DNA from: a virus
Taxonomy: Duplodnaviria; Caudoviricetes
Reading direction: 5' to 3' (one strand)
Virus record (IMG/VR): IMGVR_UViG_3300019784_000376
Coordinates: 1-38,494 of that record
DNA: 38,494 nt
This document shows, piece by piece, positions 10,204-19,505 of the stretch. Each line of letters opens with the position of its first letter. Within the stretch, counting starts at the first letter, position 1. The notes under the pieces were generated by a model that searched no databases, was not told the origin of the DNA, and worked only from the letters and a program-made list of their open reading frames with translations. The position numbers and the translations under genes were made by a program.

Positions 10204-10683
10204 ATGAGCAACAACTACTGGGACGACGAAGACGATGACCTCGATACCGAAATCGAGACGCAACCAGACGGAAGTGACTTACTTAAAAAGTTACGGAAGG
10301 CTAAGCGTTCTGATGAAAAGCGTATCAAGGAACTTACCGAGCAACTTGAGAATTATACCAAGGAGCAGCGTGAGCGAACTGTCAAAGAAGTCCTTCAGAA
10401 AAAGGGCGTTAATCTAAAAGCAGCACGGTTAATCATGAAAGACATTGAAGATTTTAGCGAAGAGTCAGTTAATAATTGGCTTGAAGATAACTCTGATTTG
10501 TTCGGATTAACACCTGCAGAGGAAGCACGAAAGACTACTGAGTTTGACCGCGCAGAATTGCGCCAGCAAGACTCATTAACTAGTAATGCTGTAAGCCCTG
10601 ATAGAGCAGAAGACTTAGATTATAAGTTAGGTGCTGCACAAAGTGCAGACGACATCTTGTCAATCCTCCGCTCGCAATCATAA
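10204..10683 (+). CDS. Capsid scaffolding protein
   Basis: Acidic, coiled-coil 159 aa protein immediately upstream of the major capsid gene. Confidence 0.75.
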   Translation: MSNNYWDDEDDDLDTEIETQPDGSDLLKKLRKAKRSDEKRIKELTEQLENYTKEQRERTVKEVLQKKGVNLKAARLIMKDIEDFSEESVNNWLEDNSDLFGLTPAEEARKTTEFDRAELRQQDSLTSNAVSPDRAEDLDYKLGAAQSADDILSILRSQS

Positions 10684-10717
10684 TGTCCGTTCATAGTCAC
10701 TTGGAGGTGACACACTA

Positions 10718-11926
10718 ATGCCTACATCATACACAGGCACAACATCAACAGGCGCTGCTTCCCTCGGAGGTACCGCAGGTGGTGCTGGTTTAGTACAGAA
10801 GGCGTATGACCGCCTTGTCGAATTCGCTCTCCGCGCCGAACCACTAATTCGTTCAGTTGCAGATAAGCGTCCAACTAACCAGTCAACACCAGGTTCAACA
10901 GTCGTTCTACAGAAGTACAACGACCTATCACAGGCAACAACTGCTCTCACAGAAACATCTGACCCAGATGCAGTTTCATTGACAACACCAAATACAGTTA
11001 CAATTACTCTTAACGAGTACGGTAACTCTGTATTGGTAACACGTGCTTTGGAACTATTCTCACTTGCAGATGTAGACCCAGCAGTTGCTAACATCATCGC
11101 ATTCAACCTTGCCGATTCTATCGACACAGTTGCAATGGCGACACTAGGTGCAGGAACTAACGTAATCTACTCAGGTTCAACTGCAACATCATCAGCGACA
11201 ATTACTGCTGCTGCAACACTAACTTCTGCTAACATCCGTAAGGCTGTTGCTAAGTTGCGTGCTAACAAGGCTGCATACCGCAAGGGTGCAATGTACTGGG
11301 CAGGTATTCACCCAGAAGTTTCACACGACCTTCGTGCTGAGACAGGTGCTGCTGCTTGGCGCGACCCACACAACTACCAGACAAATGAAAACATTTGGGC
11401 TGGTGAAATCGGTTCATACGAAGGTGCATACTTCATCGAGTCACCACGTATCAACTCTGAGAAGATTGGTGCTGACCAGACTGCACTAGCAACAACTACT
11501 GCAACAGTTGCAGGAACATCTGCTGGATTCACATTCGGCGTTGCTTCATCTGCTGTTATTGCAACACGTGCTGAAGTTGGTGACAAGATTGCAGGAACAG
11601 GTATCGCTTCAGGTGCTAAGATTACTGCTATTGCTACATCAGGTTCAACAACAACATTTACAGTTGACACAGCACACACTGCTGCAGTAACTGTATCAAC
11701 AACAATCACTGTAACTCCAGTAACACGTGTCTACGACACTATCCTTGCTGGACAGCAGGCAATGGCTGAGGCAGTTGCTGAAGAGCCACACGTAGTAATC
11801 GGACCAGTAGTTGACAAGTTGATGCGCTTCCGCCCAATGGGTTGGTACGGCGTACTTGGCTTTGCTCGCTACCGCGAAGAAGCACTATACCGAATCGAAT
11901 CAGGTTCATCAATCGGCGCTCTATAA
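10718..11926 (+). CDS. Major capsid protein (HK97 fold, N4-gp56-like) with a Thr/Ala-rich insertion
   Basis: Motifs TLNEYGN, IHPEVSHDLR, GEIGSYEG, DKLMRFRPMGWY; GGAGG RBS; strongly biased codon use. Confidence 0.9.
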   Translation: MPTSYTGTTSTGAASLGGTAGGAGLVQKAYDRLVEFALRAEPLIRSVADKRPTNQSTPGSTVVLQKYNDLSQATTALTETSDPDAVSLTTPNTVTITLNEYGNSVLVTRALELFSLADVDPAVANIIAFNLADSIDTVAMATLGAGTNVIYSGSTATSSATITAAATLTSANIRKAVAKLRANKAAYRKGAMYWAGIHPEVSHDLRAETGAAAWRDPHNYQTNENIWAGEIGSYEGAYFIESPRINSEKIGADQTALATTTATVAGTSAGFTFGVASSAVIATRAEVGDKIAGTGIASGAKITAIATSGSTTTFTVDTAHTAAVTVSTTITVTPVTRVYDTILAGQQAMAEAVAEEPHVVIGPVVDKLMRFRPMGWYGVLGFARYREEALYRIESGSSIGAL

Positions 11927-11939
11927 GAGTTGATTGACG

Positions 11940-11969
11940 GGTGGGCAGGGGAGCAATCCCCTGTCTATC
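11940..11969 (+). terminator. Strong GCAA-tetraloop hairpin after the capsid gene (terminator or mRNA stabiliser)
   Basis: GGTGGGCAGGGGA-GCAA-TCCCCTGTCTATC; no U-tract; imperfect pairing extends to about 11928-11981. Confidence 0.6.
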
Positions 11970-11991
11970 AGTAAGTTAACTAGGGAGAATA

Positions 11992-12261
11992 ATGACAACA
12001 TATACATTCAGAACACCAGTGGTTGCAGAAGGACCTTCTGGTGCTCATCGCCTATTTTCTTTCTACAAGATTGATAGGGGTATTACTATCGTACGTCAAG
12101 ATGGTGTCTACTATCAAGCACGTTACCTAGTAGATGGTGACTTGGCTACCTATCAAGAAGTTTATCGTGGTGGATACAACCACACAGTAAGTGAAGCAAC
12201 AAAGGCAGCACTAATTGCTGCAGATATAGATGTAACAGAGGCAAACTTCACAGCACAGTAG
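11992..12261 (+). CDS. Hypothetical virion protein
   Basis: 89 aa ORF with GGGAG RBS after the capsid gene. Confidence 0.6.
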   Translation: MTTYTFRTPVVAEGPSGAHRLFSFYKIDRGITIVRQDGVYYQARYLVDGDLATYQEVYRGGYNHTVSEATKAALIAADIDVTEANFTAQ

Positions 12262-12269
12262 GGGACACA

Positions 12270-12707
12270 ATGGAACACGAACACATCAGTAAAGTTCTTA
12301 AGTGGGGATACAAGTTAGAAGATGGGGACATGGTTCCTTATTGCGAGTTGTATGGTTGCACAGAATGTGATGCTACCTCAGAAGAACCATTCCCAACTAG
12401 CGAAGTATTTGTTGACCATACTAAATGTGGACCAGATTGTTTTGGTTGTAAGGCTAGGTCTTTGCAACTAAACGCAGGAGATGCGACCAGAGATATATCC
12501 GACAAGAAATGGACTGGTGAACTCCAAGCATATAGGGATGCACGTGCTCAAGGTATGCAACCAGGTGGTACAACAAGGCAACACGTGGAAGCAGCATACA
12601 ACGCTAGTGAGGTTCTTAACAAACCTTACAACGCTGAGAAGATGCCTCCTGCACAACACATCAATAAGAAAACAACCGAAGTACTAAGGGAAGTAGGAAC
12701 AATATAA
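12270..12707 (+). CDS. Hypothetical Cys-rich (metal-binding) protein
   Basis: CELYGCTEC and HTKCGPDCFGCK clusters; GGGGA RBS. Confidence 0.6.
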   Translation: MEHEHISKVLKWGYKLEDGDMVPYCELYGCTECDATSEEPFPTSEVFVDHTKCGPDCFGCKARSLQLNAGDATRDISDKKWTGELQAYRDARAQGMQPGGTTRQHVEAAYNASEVLNKPYNAEKMPPAQHINKKTTEVLREVGTI

Positions 12708-12856
12708 TGATGAACAAGGCATACAAAATGGGCGAGAAGATGGAATCTAAAAAAGAAAAAATGATGGAAATGAAGATGGGCAAGAAGAAGATGGTCAAGA
12801 AGGCTGTAGCCAAGAAGATTGCAAAGAAGTCTGTCGCTAAGAAGAAGATGAAGTAA
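12707..12856 (+). CDS. Small Lys/Met-rich basic protein (49 aa, not in ORF track)
   Basis: MMNKAYKMGEKMESKKEKMMEMKMGKKKMVKKAVAKKIAKKSVAKKKMK; TAATG overlaps at both ends. Confidence 0.7.
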   Translation: MMNKAYKMGEKMESKKEKMMEMKMGKKKMVKKAVAKKIAKKSVAKKKMK

Positions 12857-12996
12857 TGCCAAAGGTAAACGGAAAAGAATTTCCATATACCGCTAAGGGT
12901 ATGGCAATGGCTAAAGCAGAAGCAAAGAAGTCTGGCAAGAAGATGGTAAAAAAGACCGTAAAGAAAAAGAGTATGGTCCGTAAGAAGGGTATGTAA
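12856..12996 (+). CDS. Small basic protein (46 aa, not in ORF track)
   Basis: MPKVNGKEFPYTAKGMAMAKAEAKKSGKKMVKKTVKKKSMVRKKGM; translational coupling. Confidence 0.7.
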   Translation: MPKVNGKEFPYTAKGMAMAKAEAKKSGKKMVKKTVKKKSMVRKKGM

Positions 12997-12998
12997 TT

Positions 12999-13172
12999 AT
13001 GGGTAAAGGATTTGAAATTTCACTTCCAGGTGGTGGAAGCAAGAACAGTAAGACTGGTAAAATTACCCCACCAAAGCCAAAGAGTACTCCTGCTCCAGTT
13101 GTAATGACTCCAAGGCAGTATGATGCAATGCTTAAGAAAGTAATTGCAGATATGAAAAAGACTAAGCGATAA
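12999..13172 (+). CDS. Small basic protein (57 aa, not in ORF track)
   Basis: MGKGFEISLPGGGSKNSKTGKITPPKPK...DMKKTKR fills the gap between its neighbours. Confidence 0.65.
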   Translation: MGKGFEISLPGGGSKNSKTGKITPPKPKSTPAPVVMTPRQYDAMLKKVIADMKKTKR

Positions 13173-13173
13173 A

Positions 13174-13359
13174 ATGAAAAAGAAAGCAGCAAAGTCTAAA
13201 GTAAACGCTGCTGGGAACTATACCAAACCTGGTATGCGTGCCTCACTCTTCAAGAAGATTAAGGCTGGTTCCAAAGGTGGAGACCCTGGTGAATGGTCTG
13301 CACGTAAAGCACAGTTGCTTGCAGTTCAGTACAAAAAGGCAGGCGGAGGTTACAAGTAA
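13174..13359 (+). CDS. Small basic protein (YTKP...GEWSARKAQLL...KKAGGGY motif)
   Basis: 61 aa ORF coupled to the next gene. Confidence 0.7.
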   Translation: MKKKAAKSKVNAAGNYTKPGMRASLFKKIKAGSKGGDPGEWSARKAQLLAVQYKKAGGGYK

Positions 13360-13595
13360 TGGCACTGGCTAAATCACAGCAGTCACTTAAGAAGTGGACC
13401 GCACAAAAGTGGAAGACCTCTGATGGTAAACCCTCTAAGGGCAAGAAGAGATATTTACCATCTGCTGCATGGGCTGCGTTAAGCCCAGCAGAAAAAACTG
13501 CTACCAATAAAGCCAAGGCTCAAGGTAACGCTAAAGGTAAGCAGTTTGTTAAACAACCTAAATCTATTGCAAAGAAAACGGCTAAGTACAGATGA
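13359..13595 (+). CDS. Small basic protein (SLKKWT...RYLP..AW..LS motif)
   Basis: 78 aa ORF with TAATG overlap. Confidence 0.7.
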   Translation: MALAKSQQSLKKWTAQKWKTSDGKPSKGKKRYLPSAAWAALSPAEKTATNKAKAQGNAKGKQFVKQPKSIAKKTAKYR

Positions 13596-13849
13596 AAGAC
13601 TCAAGACTAAAACGGGCTGGTGTCGCAGGTTTTAACAAGCCAAAGCGTACACCTAGTCATCCAACTAAGTCACACGTTGTTGTAGCAAAAGAAGGCGATA
13701 AGGTCAAGACTATTCGCTTTGGTCAACAGGGTGTCACTGGCGACAAGAAGCCAACTGCAAGACAGAAATCTTTTAAGGCTCGTCACAAAGCCAATATCCA
13801 AAAAGGTAAAATGAGCGCAGCCTACTGGGCTGACAAAGTTAAATGGTAA
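13592..13849 (+). CDS. Small basic protein (KTIRFGQQG...SFKARH...SAAYWA motif)
   Basis: 85 aa ORF with ATGA overlap. Confidence 0.7.
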   Translation: MKDSRLKRAGVAGFNKPKRTPSHPTKSHVVVAKEGDKVKTIRFGQQGVTGDKKPTARQKSFKARHKANIQKGKMSAAYWADKVKW

Positions 13850-13882
13850 GTAATTTAATCGTACAACAAGGAAGGCAAAACA

Positions 13883-16800
13883 ATGGCTGGTAATACTGGT
13901 AGTCCATTATGTGCAGAACTCAACCGTATCGCAAACTATGGCGTATACCCAGATAGAGATGACTTCCTAGAAGAGCAAGGTGCTGCCAACGTTTGGGCAG
14001 GTACCACAGGTCAAGGGTTATTGGGTGCTCTAAATTATATTGTTGACCCTAACCGTACAGATAATAATTACAAGGGACTCACTGCAGTTTGTAATGAACT
14101 AGCAGGAACTACTGGACTGTCTGATGTTGATGCACTACGCACCATCAATCACCCAGCAGAGGTACTACTTAAGGGAACCACTGCACGCTCTGCTTCTTAC
14201 TATGTAGATGCTGCTACTCCACGCTACAACTATCCTGGGTATATTGAATATACTGGTTTGTCTGGTCAATATATTTCAGTTCCCGATGAGGCAGCATTAC
14301 GCATCACGGGAGATATTGACCTTCGTGCAAAAGTGACATTAAATAGTTGGACCACTAACACAGCATTCATAGCAAAACGCAATGCCACAACAGCATACAA
14401 TTTTTACTTAAATGCTAGTGGAACTTTATCAATGGGTTGGTCCACTGATGGAACTACATTATTTTCCATTGCTAGCACTGTTACTACTGGTTTATCTGAT
14501 GGTGCCACTAAATGGGTTAGAGCAACGTTTGACGTTGACAATGGAGCAGGTGGAAAAACTGTTACATTTTATTTATCCGATGACGGGGTTAACTGGACAC
14601 AGTTAGGAACTGCCACTACTCAGGCAGGTACAACAAGTATGTTTGCTAGCACCGTACCAGTTGAAATTGGTTCACTTGCAGGTGGAACAACATTCAATCT
14701 TAATGGAAAAATTTATCAAGCACAAATTTTTTCAAGCCTTAATGGAACGAATAAAGTACTTGATGTAGACCTAACAACTAATGTTACATCTGCTACCTTT
14801 AATCAGTTCACTGCTACTACTGGTCAGTTAGCAACAATTAACGGTCAAGATACTCTGACTAATGGTGGCACTGCTGGCTCACTACTACCAACTACTGTTG
14901 GCTCTAGCACCTCTGCAGACTCTAACGACCCTAAGTTCCTAGACCATACTGGCACTAACTATGTGTATCTGCCTGGGACTATTACAAATTATTTGGAAGT
15001 ACCAGATGCTGCTGCCCTTGACATTACAGGTGATATTGACCTACGCTGGTATGGAGCACTTGACGATTGGACTCCAGCCACTCAAAATGAATTACTTGCT
15101 AAGCAAACACTAAGCAATCGCAGTTACAAGATAGCAATTAACTCAACAGGTTTTGTTACTTTTCAATGGTCAACCGATGGTTCTACTATGATAACAGCAG
15201 CAAGCAGTGTTGCAACAGGCGTAACAGACGGCGCAGCAAAATGGGTCCGTGTGACTCTTGACGTAAACAATGGTGCCTCTGGCAACGATGTTAAGTTCTT
15301 TCTATCAGACAACGGAACAAGTTGGACACAGTTGGGCAGTACAGTAACAAATGCTGGTGTTACAAGCATTTATGTTGGTACGGCACCTGTGCGTATTGGA
15401 GCAATTCCTGATATCGGTACGACTCCACTTACAGGCAAAGTTTACCGCGCCCAAATCCTCAACGGCATTGACGGTACAACAGTCCTCGATGTGGACACCT
15501 CAGTTATTACTGCTGGTGCTGCTACATCCTTTACCGCAGTTACTGGTCAAACAGTTACCATCAACCGTGCAACCTCTGGACGCAAGACTGTTGCTGTAAC
15601 TCAACCTACTTGGCTCTTTGGTACTGATGACTATATGGAAGTCAACAACCGCTATATGGCTCATTCAACTGCAGCCGAGAACTATGTCTACCTCTCTGGT
15701 AACTCTGGCAACTATATGTCAGTTGCAGATAATCCACCGTTGGATATTACAGGTGACTTGGACCTAAGAGTTCAAGCAGCACTAGACGATTGGACTCCTG
15801 CAGCATCAACTGGTCTTGTTGCAAAATGGCTTACAACTGGAAACCAACGTTCATATAGATTAGATTTGAATACAAGTGGAAATCTAGTTTTATTTTGGTC
15901 AACAAATGGAACTGCAGTAAACTCGCAAACATCTACTGCAGCATTGTCGCTTACTGATGGAGCCGTAAAGTGGGTGAGAGCAACCATTGATATTGATAAT
16001 GGTGCTTCAGGTCACGATATTAAATTCTGGACTTCAGATAATGGAACTACTTGGACACAGTTGGGTACAACTATTGTCGGTGCTGGAACTACAAGCATTT
16101 ACTCTGGTACAGCAACCTTAGATATTGGAGCGATTGTTGGTGGTTCTCCAGCCAAGGGTAAGTTCTATCGTGCTCAAGTCCTTAACGGTATTGATGGCAC
16201 AATAGTCCTAGATGCTGATGCCTCAGTCATTACACTGCCATCTCAGACTACATTTGTAGACCGTTCAAGCAATGCCTACACAGTTACTATCAACAAGTCT
16301 GGCGTTGGTACATTCGTATCTACTGGCAACTATATGTATCTGCCTGGTATTTCAACCAACTATGCCTCAGTACCTGACAGTGCAGCGTTAGATATTACAG
16401 GTGACATTGATTTGCGTGTAAAGGTAGCAATGGACGACTGGACACCGAGTGCAATAAATGTATTGCTGGCAAAGCGACCAAATGGCTCAAGTCAGCAAAG
16501 TTATTTCTTCTACCTAAATACCGATGGAACAATTAGTATTGGTTGGACAACAGACGGAGCAACATTAGTTACAAAAGGTTCTACCGTAGCAACAGGAATT
16601 GCCGATGGTGTCACTAAGTGGGTTCGCGCAACTCTTGATGTTGATAATGGAGCATCAGGTAACTCTGTTCAATTCTTCACCTCAGATGATGGACTTACTT
16701 GGACCCAATTAGGTTCAACAGTAGTAACTGCTGGAGTTACAAGCATTTATTCTGGAACAGGAATCCTAGAAATAGGTTCACAATTTACTGGAGCAAGTGC

Positions 16801-17533
16801 CCCAGCCCGTGGCAAGTTCTTCCGCGCACAGGTTCTAAGCGGTATCGCTGGCACAGTAGCCTTCGATGCAAACTTTGAGAACAGCATTACCAGCCTATTG
16901 CAGACAACATTTACTGAATCCTCAACTAATGGTGCCACTGTAACAATCAACCGTTCTGGTAGCACATTCCGCAGTGCTGGTGTTATTGATGCTGGTTACC
17001 TCTACCCAGGAGCAACTAACACCTTTGCCCTGAGTACTACAGACTTCTTGAACTTTGGTGCTACTGATTCATTTAGCGTATTAGCAGTAGTACGTCAATG
17101 GAATACTCCTGTTAATGGTGGTTTATACATAAGTAAGCGTGATGGTGGCTCAGTGAATGTTGGTTATGAAGTGTATCCAACTACTTCAAATACTCAATTT
17201 CTTGCTCTTGATGATGGTCCTAATGCCCCACTCTCATCTTTTACAAATGCAACTATTGGAAGCCTACTCGCTGATGTTGGTGTAGTAAATAGAACTACAC
17301 AAACTACAACTTTTTATACAAATGCTACAACGAATAACTCACCTGCATCAATTTCCACTTTAGGTTCATTATCTAATATTGGCGCTTTAAGCATTGGTCG
17401 CAGACCTGCAGGAAGTTCAGGCGCTGGAGGTTTGTATCAAGACTTTGAACTTATTGGTGCAGCAGTATTCCGTACTGTGTTGACACCTAAGAACATTTCA
17501 GACATAACTAACTACTTTAATGGAAGAGACTAA
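13883..17533 (+). CDS. Fibre/adhesin with four tandem LamG/concanavalin-like repeats and a C-terminal LamG-like domain
   Basis: Four repeats of xITGD(I/L)DLR...KWVR.T.D..NGA.G...SD(D/N)G..WTQLG...GK.Y.AQ, starting near 14240, 14960, 15680 and 16330. Confidence 0.75.
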   Translation: MAGNTGSPLCAELNRIANYGVYPDRDDFLEEQGAANVWAGTTGQGLLGALNYIVDPNRTDNNYKGLTAVCNELAGTTGLSDVDALRTINHPAEVLLKGTTARSASYYVDAATPRYNYPGYIEYTGLSGQYISVPDEAALRITGDIDLRAKVTLNSWTTNTAFIAKRNATTAYNFYLNASGTLSMGWSTDGTTLFSIASTVTTGLSDGATKWVRATFDVDNGAGGKTVTFYLSDDGVNWTQLGTATTQAGTTSMFASTVPVEIGSLAGGTTFNLNGKIYQAQIFSSLNGTNKVLDVDLTTNVTSATFNQFTATTGQLATINGQDTLTNGGTAGSLLPTTVGSSTSADSNDPKFLDHTGTNYVYLPGTITNYLEVPDAAALDITGDIDLRWYGALDDWTPATQNELLAKQTLSNRSYKIAINSTGFVTFQWSTDGSTMITAASSVATGVTDGAAKWVRVTLDVNNGASGNDVKFFLSDNGTSWTQLGSTVTNAGVTSIYVGTAPVRIGAIPDIGTTPLTGKVYRAQILNGIDGTTVLDVDTSVITAGAATSFTAVTGQTVTINRATSGRKTVAVTQPTWLFGTDDYMEVNNRYMAHSTAAENYVYLSGNSGNYMSVADNPPLDITGDLDLRVQAALDDWTPAASTGLVAKWLTTGNQRSYRLDLNTSGNLVLFWSTNGTAVNSQTSTAALSLTDGAVKWVRATIDIDNGASGHDIKFWTSDNGTTWTQLGTTIVGAGTTSIYSGTATLDIGAIVGGSPAKGKFYRAQVLNGIDGTIVLDADASVITLPSQTTFVDRSSNAYTVTINKSGVGTFVSTGNYMYLPGISTNYASVPDSAALDITGDIDLRVKVAMDDWTPSAINVLLAKRPNGSSQQSYFFYLNTDGTISIGWTTDGATLVTKGSTVATGIADGVTKWVRATLDVDNGASGNSVQFFTSDDGLTWTQLGSTVVTAGVTSIYSGTGILEIGSQFTGASAPARGKFFRAQVLSGIAGTVAFDANFENSITSLLQTTFTESSTNGATVTINRSGSTFRSAGVIDAGYLYPGATNTFALSTTDFLNFGATDSFSVLAVVRQWNTPVNGGLYISKRDGGSVNVGYEVYPTTSNTQFLALDDGPNAPLSSFTNATIGSLLADVGVVNRTTQTTTFYTNATTNNSPASISTLGSLSNIGALSIGRRPAGSSGAGGLYQDFELIGAAVFRTVLTPKNISDITNYFNGRD

Positions 17534-17535
17534 TT

Positions 17536-17760
17536 ATGGGTACTTTACGCAGTTACGATATTGAAGTAGTAACAGATGAGTTTGGTAATGAAACCAAAGT
17601 CTACCTAGCCCAAGGACTTGTAGTCAATGGTGTGCTACTAGGTGAGCCTATTGAAATTGATGGTGACCCTAATACAGCAGAGTGGGACGACTCAGCCTTT
17701 CCTAATGGAACTATTGACAGAGCAGGAATCGTTACTCCAGATGAAGAAGAGGTTATCTAG
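17536..17760 (+). CDS. Small acidic protein, possible fibre chaperone
   Basis: 74 aa acidic ORF directly after the fibre gene. Confidence 0.5.
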   Translation: MGTLRSYDIEVVTDEFGNETKVYLAQGLVVNGVLLGEPIEIDGDPNTAEWDDSAFPNGTIDRAGIVTPDEEEVI

Positions 17761-18665
17761 TGGCTACACTATCAAATTTAATTGATGAAGTTAAGGCAAA
17801 CCTGCAAGGTTATACCCTTAACCAAGACCGTATTACCTATGTTGCAAACCCTAGCGGTATCACAGCATCTGATGTATCTATTAAGGTAGGCTCACAAGAA
17901 AACTTATCTAAAGGTATCGTTGAAATTGATGATGAACTCATCTATGTAGATTCATTTGATAAGACAACTAGCACACTCAACGTAATCCCTTCGGGCTTTG
18001 GTCGTGGATTCCAAGGAACTGAGGCTGCATCTCACGCACAGAATGCACCTGTAATCCTATCCCCAACCTTTCCACGTGCTTCAATTAAGAAGGCAATCAA
18101 CGATACAATCGGTTCATTGTTTCCTAAGTTGTGGGGTACAGCATCTACTACCTTTACATTCAATGGCGTAGTCAATACTTACACACTACCTGCTAATGCA
18201 GAAGAAGTACTATCTGTATCGTGGCAATCAGTTGGCTCATCTAAGGAATGGTATCCAGTAAAGCGTTGGCGACCAGACCCAATGGCAAACACTGGTGCAT
18301 TTACATCAGGTAACACAATCACTGTCTATGATGGCATCACTCCAGGTCGTACAGTTCAGGTCTACTACACTAAAGAACCATCACTACTTGTTAACAACTC
18401 AGATGAGTTTACAACAGTAACTGGCTTAACTGAATCTTGCAGAGATGTTGTAGCCCTTGGCGCAGCCTATCGTCTGCTTTCATACATTGACCCAGGCAGA
18501 ATCAACCTAGCCTCAGCAGAGTCAGACACAGCAGATTCTAAACTACCTTCTACTGCTGGTACATCTGCATCTCGTTACATCTTTGCTCTATACCAACAGC
18601 GTCTTAATGAAGAGGCTGGCAAGTTGCAAGGCAAGTTCCCAACCAAGATTCGTTACAACCGCTAA
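17760..18665 (+). CDS. Head-tail adaptor / tail tubular protein A-like
   Basis: MATLSNLIDEV start; IKKAIND and YTLPAN motifs typical of podovirus adaptors; GTG start overlaps the upstream stop. Confidence 0.6.
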   Translation: MATLSNLIDEVKANLQGYTLNQDRITYVANPSGITASDVSIKVGSQENLSKGIVEIDDELIYVDSFDKTTSTLNVIPSGFGRGFQGTEAASHAQNAPVILSPTFPRASIKKAINDTIGSLFPKLWGTASTTFTFNGVVNTYTLPANAEEVLSVSWQSVGSSKEWYPVKRWRPDPMANTGAFTSGNTITVYDGITPGRTVQVYYTKEPSLLVNNSDEFTTVTGLTESCRDVVALGAAYRLLSYIDPGRINLASAESDTADSKLPSTAGTSASRYIFALYQQRLNEEAGKLQGKFPTKIRYNR

Positions 18666-18674
18666 GGAAAATAA

Positions 18675-19505
18675 ATGACTAGAAAATTCAGTTCGACTTC
18701 TATCGAAACTACTCTTGCAGCAGGACTATCAACTTCTGCCACTAGCATTACTGTTGCTGCTGGAACAGGCTCTACCCTTATGGGTGGGGTTACCTTAGCA
18801 GGTGGTAACGTTGACCAGTTCACAATCGCACTTGACCCAGATACAGCACTTGAAGAGATTGTCTTTGTTACTGAAGTATCCTCAGATACACTAACAATCG
18901 TCCGTGGACGTGCTGGAACTTCTGCAATTGCCCACTCAGGTGGAGCAGCAGTCAAGCACGTACTAACGTCTAACGACTTGGACTACTTTAATACTGCAGC
19001 AGATACTGCAATAACATCAGCATCTACTTCAACTCTAACTAACAAAACAATCAGCCTTGCATCTAATACTGTGACAGGAAACATAACACAGTTTAATACC
19101 GCTTTGACAGGTGCAGATTTTGCCACCTTAGCAGGTTCGGAAACCCTTACTGGAAAGACTCTAACCTCTCCAACTATCACAACACCAGTCATCACTTTCC
19201 CAGTAATGTCTGTGGCAATTAACTCACAGACATCTGCTTACACACTAACAGCAACCGATAAGTCTAAGATGGTAATTGTTACATCATCATCTACTGCTAA
19301 CGTAACTGTCCCACCTGCCGTGTTTTCACAGGGAGATGTCGTATACATCTCACGTTCAGGCTCTGGCGCTCTATCGTTAACACAGGGTGCAGGAGTAACC
19401 ATTACTGGAACACCTGGACTTGCACTTCGTGCTCAGGCATCTGTAGCAGCAATCCTATGTACTGGTAGCAACACATTCATTGCTACTGGAGATTTGTCTG
19501 CCTAA
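18675..19505 (+). CDS. Tail fibre protein
   Basis: Thr/Ser-rich; TLTNKTI and TLTGKTLTSP repeats; C-terminal YTL...D...GDLSA domain. Confidence 0.75.
   Translation: MTRKFSSTSIETTLAAGLSTSATSITVAAGTGSTLMGGVTLAGGNVDQFTIALDPDTALEEIVFVTEVSSDTLTIVRGRAGTSAIAHSGGAAVKHVLTSNDLDYFNTAADTAITSASTSTLTNKTISLASNTVTGNITQFNTALTGADFATLAGSETLTGKTLTSPTITTPVITFPVMSVAINSQTSAYTLTATDKSKMVIVTSSSTANVTVPPAVFSQGDVVYISRSGSGALSLTQGAGVTITGTPGLALRAQASVAAILCTGSNTFIATGDLSA

Noticed and set aside
14240-16950. Fibre repeats as diversity-generating retroelement template/variable regions
   Set aside because: The repeats are diverged in-frame domain duplications without an adenine-specific pattern, and no reverse transcriptase is present
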